64,000 bases of DNA from Thermodesulfobacteriota bacterium (GCA_042573625.1 JBHPCZ010000001.1:12859-76858), one strand, 5' to 3'; counted from the stretch's first letter, positions 29,792 through 36,881 are shown. Numbers and translations: made by a program. Notes: generated by a model not told the origin, from the sequence alone.

Positions 29792-30010
29792 ATGATTAAT
29801 ATTGTCAGAAATAGAAGAGGTAGACGACCCAGAACAGCCAGACGGGCATCCTTAAGAGACAGGCGGGCATTCTTAAGAGACAGACGGGCATCCTTAATAG
29901 ATAGAAGGGCATTCTTATCTGTAGTCCGTATTCCTAATAGAAGAAGTGGAAGAGACAGAAGGAGTTGGTCTGACCGCAGAGGTGGCGTTGAACGCAGAAG
30001 TATTCACTAA
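29792..30010 (+). CDS. Arg-rich DRR-repeat small protein (coding status uncertain)
   Basis: 72-aa ORF containing RRASLRD RRAFLRD RRASLID RRAFLSV, then RRSGRD RRSWSD RRGGVE RRS. The RR periodicity continues past the DNA repeat. SD is weak. Confidence 0.4.
   Translation: MINIVRNRRGRRPRTARRASLRDRRAFLRDRRASLIDRRAFLSVVRIPNRRSGRDRRSWSDRRGGVERRSIH
29839..29943. repeat. tandem 21-bp repeats (4 good copies plus 1 degenerate)
   Basis: CAGACGGGCATCCTTAAGAGA / CAGGCGGGCATTCTTAAGAGA / CAGACGGGCATCCTTAATAGA / TAGAAGGGCATTCTTATCTGT / AGTCCGTATTCCTAATAGA. Confidence 0.85.
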
Positions 30011-30069
30011 TTGAAGTGAAACTAAATATCACTCCCAAGTGTCTTAGATAAAGGGTTTTGGAATTTACC

Positions 30070-30444
30070 ATGGATAGTAAGGAATTTAAAAGCTTCCGCC
30101 TAAAAATGAACAAGACGCAACACCAGGTGAGCCGTCTACTCGGAACGTCTATAAAGACTATACAAAGTTATGAACAGGGTTGTCGAAACATACCAAATCA
30201 CGCAGAGCGGCAGATGCTTTATCTAATTTCCAGGATGAAAGAAAGCCACAATACTCAAAAACCATGCTGGGTTATCAAACAATGTCCTCGATGGGTAAAA
30301 AATAAATGCCCGGCCTGGGAATTTGATTCGGGGGATTTATGCTGGTTTATTAATGGTACATATTGTGGTGGTAATGTTGTTGAGAGCTGGGAACAAAAAA
30401 TGAAACTTTGCCGGTCCTGTGAAGCTTTCTCATTCTTGAGCTAA
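30070..30444 (+). CDS. XRE-family HTH regulator with a C-terminal Cys/Trp-rich (two-CW-like) domain
   Basis: HTH is FRLKMNKTQHQVSRLLGTSIKTIQSYEQG. C-terminus is PCWVIKQCPRWVKNKCPAWEF..DLCWFINGTYCGG...CRSCEAF. ATG at 30070 preferred over the TTG at 30058. Confidence 0.75.
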   Translation: MDSKEFKSFRLKMNKTQHQVSRLLGTSIKTIQSYEQGCRNIPNHAERQMLYLISRMKESHNTQKPCWVIKQCPRWVKNKCPAWEFDSGDLCWFINGTYCGGNVVESWEQKMKLCRSCEAFSFLS

Positions 30445-30523
30445 CTCAAAAACACTTCTAATCATACAACGATACTTTCGATAATGGTTTGAAATCCTCT
30501 GTCCGAAACCTGTGTGTTCTGCA

Positions 30524-30669
30524 ATAAAACACACCAAATATTGTATTCGTCTTTCTTCATAGCCTAAAAACCTTGTACCACAACTCCTATAAAAACATCC
30601 CACAATGTGTGATAACCTATTTGAATTACTACATAAATTGTCATAATTTTCTTGACAACGTCACAATCC
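30524..30669 (+). repeat. 5' promoter-region module, copy B (homologous to 21511-21652)
   Basis: See copy A. Carries the exact 17-mer at 30593-30609. Confidence 0.7.
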
Positions 30670-30680
30670 TTGTTCATAAT
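30652..30680 (+). promoter_or_regulatory. sigma-70-type promoter
   Basis: TTGACA (30652-30657), a 17-nt spacer, then CATAAT (30675-30680). Lies about 120 nt upstream of the 30802 gene. Confidence 0.55.
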
Positions 30681-30721
30681 TTACTGTGGCCAATCTTTCT
30701 AATTCAAAAAAGGGATATAAC

Positions 30722-30808
30722 ATGAATTGTATCCCCTTTGATATCCCCTGCTTGCCATGGGGAGCGTCATTTAATTTAATCAGTAACAGAAAGGGGGCAG
30801 AATGTTAA
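30722..30808 (+). CDS. candidate upstream ORF / leader peptide (28 aa) overlapping the start of the next gene
   Basis: Hand translation: MNCIPFDIPCLPWGASFNLISNRKGAEC. AAGGGA lies 6 nt upstream. The stop TAA (30806-30808) overlaps the ATG at 30802. The region also folds into two hairpins. Confidence 0.3.
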   Translation: MNCIPFDIPCLPWGASFNLISNRKGAEC

Positions 30809-31152
30809 AAAAAATGTTCAAGATTATTTTTTTCGTTTTTCTGGTGGGGCTTTTGATTTCGCCGGCGTGGAGCTCAGACAACATCGTCATCGACACGGAT
30901 CGTAATTTAATTCTCGCTGGAAGCGGAGGAGGAGACCAAGACAGAGACCAAGACAGAAAGCGTGACGAATCTTGTAACGACCTCGCCCCTTACAACCCTG
31001 TTCATCCTTTAATTCTCGCTAGAGGAGGAAACGGTGGCAACGGCGGCGGCGGTGGCCACGGCGGCGGTGGCGGCGGCGATCAAAGCAGGGACAGGGACTG
31101 TGACGATGGTGACGGCCCTCAACCTGAAGGCCCTAACGGCCCCGGCACCTGA
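30802..31152 (+). CDS. secreted Gly/Asp/His-rich repeat protein
   Basis: Signal peptide ending PAWS. Internal duplication: LILAGSGGGDQDRDQDRKRDESCND versus LILARGGNGGNGGGGGHGGGGGGDQSRDRDCDDGD. SD GGGGG upstream. Confidence 0.65.
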   Translation: MLKKMFKIIFFVFLVGLLISPAWSSDNIVIDTDRNLILAGSGGGDQDRDQDRKRDESCNDLAPYNPVHPLILARGGNGGNGGGGGHGGGGGGDQSRDRDCDDGDGPQPEGPNGPGT

Positions 31153-31194
31153 GATTGTAACCCGTGACGGAACTTGCGACGACGCCACTTCTTA

Positions 31195-31340
31195 AAAACC
31201 TGAAAATGTTGTGGTATCGTTTTTCAATAAGGGCAAATCCATTTGATGGGGTTTGTCCTTTTATTTTTATGATATATGTAATCAGTAAGAGCAGGCTTCA
31301 GCCTGTGATATTTGTAAGTATCTGCAATAACCTGCAAATA
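31195..31340 (+). repeat. 3' module, copy B (homologous to 25498-25640)
   Basis: See copy A. Confidence 0.7.
31230..31267 (+). terminator. rho-independent terminator inside 3' module B
   Basis: GGGCAAATCC pairs with GGGTTTGTCC (2 G-U pairs) around an 8-nt loop. Followed by TTTTATTTTT. Confidence 0.6.
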
Positions 31341-31536
31341 TCAAAAAGCTGAGTTTTTCCAGATATCCATTCCATATTACAAAATGTAAATGTCAGATAT
31401 GGTTGTGTCTGCAATTGGATAAATGCACAATTAAATCTTGGTCAATGCAATTAAATCCACCTGAAAACATCTAATCCGGGTTTTAAATCCTAACTGAGCA
31501 AAAGCGAGTGCCCCTTTATTTTTAGAACCATTCGAA

Positions 31537-32643
31537 TTAAATTTTCACCAGCTCATAATTTCGACTTCCAAGCCCCAGCTGCTCGGCATATTCCAACTGA
31601 TACGCCCAGTCCACCTTGGGATAAACCCCCCGAAACTTGTCTTCACCCGGTTTCATGTGGGTCTGGAGACAGGACCCGGGAAGCGCGTGCTCCTGGTTGA
31701 CAAGATCAACGGACGCCTGGTCGATAGCTACCGGATCTTTTGATGCAACAACGCCGATATCCCTGACGATGGGGGCATCGTTCATGGGATAACAGTCGCA
31801 TGCCGGAGAGACATCGGTGATGAAATTAATCGACAACGTCTTTTGGGATTTTCCCTTTAATACGCCCATGGTGTATTCAATCATGTTTTCCAAAAAAACA
31901 GGGATCGCCTGGTTCCATTCTATTTCTATGGCGGCGCTGGGGCAGACAAGGATACATTCGCCGCAACCGATACACTTTTTGGCATCCAGCACTGCTTTCT
32001 CCTCGACCAGGGAAAGGGCGTTCTGGGAACAGTGACCGACACAGTCTCCGCAGCCGATACACTTTTTCGTAATGACCTTTGGCGCCACGGTTGAATGCTG
32101 CGCCAGTTTGCCCCGCCGGGATGCGCACCCCATGCCCAGATTTTTTATCGCCCCGCCAAATCCGGAAAGCTCATGCCCTTTGAAATGCGCCACCGATATC
32201 AGCGCGTCGGCCTCGACGATATCCGTTCCAATGTAAACTCTCTTAAAATTCTTCTGATTGACAATGATGGATGTTTCGCTCCTGCCCCTTAGCCCATCGG
32301 CAATGATAATGGGCGCATCCACCACAGCGTAGGCAAAACCGTTTTGAATCGCTGTTGTCAGGTGATGGGGAGAGTCGCTCCGTGTCCCTGAATAGAGTGT
32401 GTTGGCATCTGTAAGAAATGGGACGCCATTAACACCTTTGATCGTTTCGACAATTTTCCGTAAAAATACAGGCCGTATAAATGCGGTGTTTCCCATTTCT
32501 CCAAAATGAAGCTTCACCGCAACAAGATCTCTTTCTTTGACAGCTTCGGAAAGACCCGCGGTTTCAATGAGCCTTCCCAGTTTTGCGACAAGGCTTTCTT
32601 TCATCGTTGCCCTAAGATCGATAAAATAGACTTTGCTTTTCAT
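31537..32643 (-). CDS. DUF362 family protein with an inserted 2x[4Fe-4S] ferredoxin domain
   Basis: N-terminus (VYFIDLR...VAVKLHFGE.GN..FIRP.F) is typical of DUF362. Also CIGCGDCVGHC and CIGCGECILVCP. Confidence 0.8.
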   Translation of the reverse strand: MKSKVYFIDLRATMKESLVAKLGRLIETAGLSEAVKERDLVAVKLHFGEMGNTAFIRPVFLRKIVETIKGVNGVPFLTDANTLYSGTRSDSPHHLTTAIQNGFAYAVVDAPIIIADGLRGRSETSIIVNQKNFKRVYIGTDIVEADALISVAHFKGHELSGFGGAIKNLGMGCASRRGKLAQHSTVAPKVITKKCIGCGDCVGHCSQNALSLVEEKAVLDAKKCIGCGECILVCPSAAIEIEWNQAIPVFLENMIEYTMGVLKGKSQKTLSINFITDVSPACDCYPMNDAPIVRDIGVVASKDPVAIDQASVDLVNQEHALPGSCLQTHMKPGEDKFRGVYPKVDWAYQLEYAEQLGLGSRNYELVKI

Positions 32644-32833
32644 TTTATCCCCCGGTCATTTTATAAAATTATTGATATCATTTGCCAGACAATTGGAAAG
32701 AATTAATTCTTTGTGCTCAAAATGGCTTCATGCTTTTCTGTTCTTCTCCCTTTCTTTCAGCGTCTGTTTTAAAACCGCCAGCATTAAACGGTCCTTTTCC
32801 CGAAAGGCTTCCTGTTTGATTTCGATAAGGTAT

Positions 32834-33241
32834 TCAAGACTTAGAATGCGTAGAATTTCGATGATCTGCGGTACGGTTTCTTGCATGTTTCAGCCTGGTA
32901 ATGGATAACATATTCTGCTGTAATACGTTCAAGCACTCTGCCGGTGTTAGAGAGAACATCCAACGAATCAAGGTCAGATCAACCCCGTCTTTGCTGTATG
33001 CCGGATTATCTTCCTGTGAATATACGATCAAATGAGATGGCTTATCCATACCGCCTTCTTTTCCTGCCAAAATGATACAGATGTTTACATCAATTAGCAC
33101 ATACCACGGACAAACCGCAAATTGTTTATGTGAAGATCTGGTCGATGGGTCCAATGAATCTGCGCTGACAGGCAAAAAAAATGCAGATTGAAAATCGGTG
33201 CGCCGGATGCATACATCTTGCAATTTCATGAGGATATCCAT
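32834..33241 (-). CDS. hypothetical protein
   Basis: 135-aa ORF with no recognised motif. Its 3' end overlaps a 52-aa minus-strand ORF (32728-32886, MQETVPQIIEILRILSLEYLIEIKQEAFREKDRL...) by 53 nt, so one of the two may be spurious. Confidence 0.35.
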   Translation of the reverse strand: MDILMKLQDVCIRRTDFQSAFFLPVSADSLDPSTRSSHKQFAVCPWYVLIDVNICIILAGKEGGMDKPSHLIVYSQEDNPAYSKDGVDLTLIRWMFSLTPAECLNVLQQNMLSITRLKHARNRTADHRNSTHSKS

Positions 33242-33276
33242 ATAGTCAGCAGGTAAAAACTCAGCGAAGGATAAAA

Positions 33277-33978
33277 ATGAATATTAAAACTAAACTGGCA
33301 GTTTTGACCATCCTTTACAGCATCTATGAAGATTTTGTAAGCAGCTTTACATGGGCATGTGAAAAGCACTGTGCCCTGTGCTGTACACGCGGCGTGACCT
33401 TGACGACCATTGAAGGGTATATGATTTTGGAACATTTGGTTTCAAAGGGGAAATCGGATTTGCTCGAAAAGATCAGCGCCGCAGCGTCTGAAAAAAGATT
33501 TCAGCCCAAAATTACAACGAACAGGCTGGCAGATCTCTGTGTTCAGGGAAAGGATATTCCTGACGAAGAAACCGGTGACAGATGGGGAAGCTGCCCCCTT
33601 TTAGTGAACGATGAATGCCCCATTTACAAAGTCAGACCGTTTGCGTGCAGGTGTATGGTTTCAAGCAAGAACTGCCATGAAACAGGTTATGCCGACGTGG
33701 ATTCGTTTGTTATTTCCGTAAATAATCTGTTTTTTCAAACCATCGAGAATATTGACTCACCGGGCTTGTCCGGCAATCTTACCGATGTTCTTCTTTTTTT
33801 GGAAACTGAAGACAACCGGAAATATTATAGAGACCATAATTTGGAAAAAAAAGGCATCGAACTTATTCCCAATCAGCCTGTGAAATCACTGATGATTCCT
33901 CCTGAACATCGGGTTAGAATCAAGTCAATAATTGATAAAATAAGGCGTATCAATGTGCCGGGATCGTCGAAGTCGTGA
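33277..33978 (+). CDS. YkgJ/UPF0153-like cysteine-cluster (Fe-S or Zn) protein
   Basis: CEKHCALCC (CxxxCxxCC) and CPLLVNDECPIYKVRPFACRC. Confidence 0.65.
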   Translation: MNIKTKLAVLTILYSIYEDFVSSFTWACEKHCALCCTRGVTLTTIEGYMILEHLVSKGKSDLLEKISAAASEKRFQPKITTNRLADLCVQGKDIPDEETGDRWGSCPLLVNDECPIYKVRPFACRCMVSSKNCHETGYADVDSFVISVNNLFFQTIENIDSPGLSGNLTDVLLFLETEDNRKYYRDHNLEKKGIELIPNQPVKSLMIPPEHRVRIKSIIDKIRRINVPGSSKS

Positions 33979-33995
33979 CCGGCGGAGGACGGGGG

Positions 33996-34850
33996 TTATC
34001 CCGAATACTGCGCAAGTTTAAGCAGCCGTGCCGCGTTTAGACCGCAAATGCGGGCCATATCTTCTCTGGGTATGCCGATGGCATCCAGTTCCTTGAAATA
34101 TCTCTCCGGTTTCAATAGCGGAAAATCACTGCCAAAAAGAATTTTTTCTGTACCGACAATTTTTTTCGCCACAAGATAGATTTCAGGATCATAAAGAAAC
34201 GGGGAAGCCGCCGTGTCAAAATAGACATTCTTAAATGTTTCTTTGACTTCCTTTTTCAGTAAGTTGAAAAAAAATATCCCCCCGCCCCAATGGGCCAGAA
34301 CGATCTTGTTTTCGGGAAATCGCTCGATCAGGTTGTAAATCTCTCTTAAGGTATTCGGTGACTTTCCGGGGTAGACATGACCGACCGGTTCATTGGTGTG
34401 GATCAAAACCGGCAGGTCTCTATCAAGACAAATATCCATAACGGGAATCAGTTTCTCAATGCACGCTTCATCAATCCCGGATTGATAAAATGCAAGTTCA
34501 CCGATACCCGAAAGCCCCCCATCGATACAGCGTAAAGCTTCCGCGCCGGCATCCGCGCAAAAGGGATCAAAACAACCCAAACCGACAAGCCGTCCGGCGT
34601 ACTTTTCTACGGACGCCATGATATAATCGTTTTGCATTTTAAATGTTTCCGCATTTTGCCACGGAAACCCGAACACCACGGAGACGTCCACCCCCTGTTC
34701 GTCCATGGCGTCGACGATTTCCCTTGCCCCAACCAATCTTGATTTGTCAGAACTGTACAGAAGCTTGAAAGCGGATTCAGACGGAAAATATTTATCCTTG
34801 TTTTCACGGATATCTTTGGGAAAAATATGCGTGTGAAAATCGACGACCAT
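33996..34850 (-). CDS. amidohydrolase-family (TIM-barrel metal-dependent hydrolase) protein
   Basis: N-terminal VVDFHTHIFP (HxH), later HTNEP, AHWGGG and FGSDFP. Confidence 0.8.
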   Translation of the reverse strand: MVVDFHTHIFPKDIRENKDKYFPSESAFKLLYSSDKSRLVGAREIVDAMDEQGVDVSVVFGFPWQNAETFKMQNDYIMASVEKYAGRLVGLGCFDPFCADAGAEALRCIDGGLSGIGELAFYQSGIDEACIEKLIPVMDICLDRDLPVLIHTNEPVGHVYPGKSPNTLREIYNLIERFPENKIVLAHWGGGIFFFNLLKKEVKETFKNVYFDTAASPFLYDPEIYLVAKKIVGTEKILFGSDFPLLKPERYFKELDAIGIPREDMARICGLNAARLLKLAQYSG

Positions 34851-34997
34851 CCATACACCTCCATCTGGGCAATTTTTTGAAGTGATCTATTGTTGATAGA
34901 AAACCAATAATGTATGATATAGGAAAAAGAGTCAATAGGTTGATGCCATGCTCCTAATTATGAATAGAAGGGGTTTCAAAACCTTAGAGTGAAGCCT

Positions 34998-35120
34998 TTT
35001 GACAATTTTGCGAAAAAGTTCTTAGCGAAGCGAAGTGTAAAATTCGTAACTGTCTGAGGGATTTATCCCGAGTTTTACGAATTTAGCGAAGCGAGCTTAG
35101 AACTTGTCAAAATTGTCAAA
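34998..35120. repeat. roughly 120-bp imperfect palindromic element
   Basis: Arms TTTGACAATTTTG...AAGTTCTTAGC...AAATTCGTAAC and GTTTTACGAATTT...GCTTAGAACTT...CAAAATTGTCAAA surround a small central hairpin (GAGGGATTTATCCCGAG). Confidence 0.75.
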
Positions 35121-35170
35121 CCAGCGAACGGAAGATTTTGAAACAGCTTCTATCAAACAAGAACGGGTCA

Positions 35171-35656
35171 ATGAAAAAACACTCTCTGAATATCACAGGG
35201 AAAAAGATCGAACGCCATGTCGTTTTGGTCGAACCCGAAGTACACTGGAACACCGGCAATATCGGCCGAACCTGTCTGGGTACCGGCGCCTTTCTTCACC
35301 TGATTAAACCGCTGGGGTTTTCCCTTGAAAGTAGGGAACTGAAAAGGGCCGGTCTGGATTACTGGCAGAGGGTCAAACTTTCTGTTTGGGATGATTTTGA
35401 AAGTTTCAAAAAAGAAATGGCGGCAAATAAAACGGAGGTCGCACTGTTTACAAAAAACGGTGAAAAGCCGTTCTGGTCCATGCCCTGCCCGGAAAGATTT
35501 TTTCTTGTATTTGGCTCGGAAACCCGGGGACTTCCCGAAGCGATTCTCTCTAATTACAAAGACAACACTTACCATATACCCATTACCCGTGACATCCGGA
35601 GTCTCAACCTGTCCACCACCGTGGGGATTGTGCTGTATGAAAGCCTCCGGTGTTGA
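35171..35656 (+). CDS. trmL: tRNA (cytidine/uridine-2'-O-)-methyltransferase TrmL (SpoU/TrmH family)
   Basis: VVLVEPEVHWNTGNIGRTC, LVFGSETRGLP and SLNLSTTVGIVLYE. ATG at 35171 preferred over the TTG at 35138. Confidence 0.8.
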   Translation: MKKHSLNITGKKIERHVVLVEPEVHWNTGNIGRTCLGTGAFLHLIKPLGFSLESRELKRAGLDYWQRVKLSVWDDFESFKKEMAANKTEVALFTKNGEKPFWSMPCPERFFLVFGSETRGLPEAILSNYKDNTYHIPITRDIRSLNLSTTVGIVLYESLRC

Positions 35657-35866
35657 ACCGGATGGCGTATGATTCTTTTAATACCCCGCCCGCTTGTGGC
35701 GGAGAGTTTCATTGGAAGTGAATCTTGTATAGAAACAGAATATTTTTTGACACTATTTCCTAAAAATAAGTTGTATCTGAGACTCGACTGCTGATATTAA
35801 ACCAAACCAGATTAAGCTCTCATTAAACCCATAAAAATGGCAAAGGTCTTCTAAAAGGAATTTCCA

Positions 35867-36295
35867 ATGAATGCAAATCGGTTTGAGTTCTTGAAAAAAG
35901 ATTTTGTTCAGGGGTTTCCGGCCTACTGCGGATTTGAAGTAGAACGGGCGGAACAAGGGATTTTTGAAACACGCCTCCAAGTTCGTTCGGATCACTGCCA
36001 GCAAGACGGGTTTGTCCACGCGGGTGTCATGGCGACCATGGCGGATCACACTGCAGGGTACGCCGCCTACACCACCGTTTCCGAACAGTTTCGGATTCTG
36101 TCCATTGAATTCAAAATAAACTACTTCAAACCTGCCGTTGGTGACACGCTCATCTGTCGCGCCAAAGTCATCAATGCCGGCAAAACAATCATTGTATCAG
36201 AATCCGAAGTGTTTTCCATATCCAAAGACAAAGAAAAGCTTGTTTCCAAGGCCACGGTCACCTTAATGGCCGTGCCGGTTGAGAATCTGGGATAA
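35867..36295 (+). CDS. PaaI-family hotdog-fold thioesterase
   Basis: 142 aa. GFVHAGVMATMADHTAGYAA and the overall PaaI/YbgC-like pattern. Confidence 0.8.
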   Translation: MNANRFEFLKKDFVQGFPAYCGFEVERAEQGIFETRLQVRSDHCQQDGFVHAGVMATMADHTAGYAAYTTVSEQFRILSIEFKINYFKPAVGDTLICRAKVINAGKTIIVSESEVFSISKDKEKLVSKATVTLMAVPVENLG

Positions 36296-36298
36296 AAA

Positions 36299-36823
36299 AT
36301 GGTAGAACATGAATTGGGCAACCTCAAGCTGACAGGATACTATCCGGGTGTGATCGGCAAGGTAACCGAACTCCACGCAATCTATTATTTCGAAAACTGG
36401 GGGTTTGACGTATCTTTTGAAACTCAGGTTGCGCGGGAGCTGTCAGCGTTCATCACTCAATTTGATCCACACAGAGATGGATTCTGGGCAGCACTGATGA
36501 ATAACGTTTTTGCAGGAAGCATTGCCATCGATGGCAGCCTTTCGGATACAGAAGGGGCGCGCCTTCGATGGTTCATTGTAGCTCCGGAATTTCAAGGCAC
36601 GGGAATCGGCGGCGTTCTGCTTCGCCGGGCTGTTCAATTCTGTAGAGACGCCGGCTACAGAAATGTTTTTCTGTGGACGTTCCGGGGTCTTGACGCGGCC
36701 CGAAGCCTTTATGAGCGGGAAGGTTTCAGGCTGTCTGTTGAAAAGCCCGTGCACCAATGGGGAAGGGAGATTATCGAGGAACAGTTTATACTAGACCTCT
36801 CGGAGCATCAATCCCGGATCTGA
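36299..36823 (+). CDS. GNAT family N-acetyltransferase
   Basis: The acetyl-CoA binding motif A pattern is seen in RWFIVAPEFQGTGIGGVLLRRAVQFCRDAGY. Confidence 0.8.
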   Translation: MVEHELGNLKLTGYYPGVIGKVTELHAIYYFENWGFDVSFETQVARELSAFITQFDPHRDGFWAALMNNVFAGSIAIDGSLSDTEGARLRWFIVAPEFQGTGIGGVLLRRAVQFCRDAGYRNVFLWTFRGLDAARSLYEREGFRLSVEKPVHQWGREIIEEQFILDLSEHQSRI

Positions 36824-36881
36824 TCTAACAAAATTGCGCCCTTGAACGCGTTTTTTCATGTTGACAGATGGGGCTTTATGG

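Noticed and set aside
29839-29943. Possible CRISPR array
   Set aside because: The 21-bp units are directly abutting with no spacers, and there are no cas genes in the window. This is a tandem repeat, not a CRISPR array. The two CRISPR-repeat-like hairpins (28336, 35678) are solitary and 7 kb apart.
31164-31352. 62-aa GTG ORF downstream of the Gly-rich protein gene
   Set aside because: It starts inside the conserved 30-nt box without an SD and reads straight through an intrinsic terminator and the conserved 3' module. More likely non-coding.
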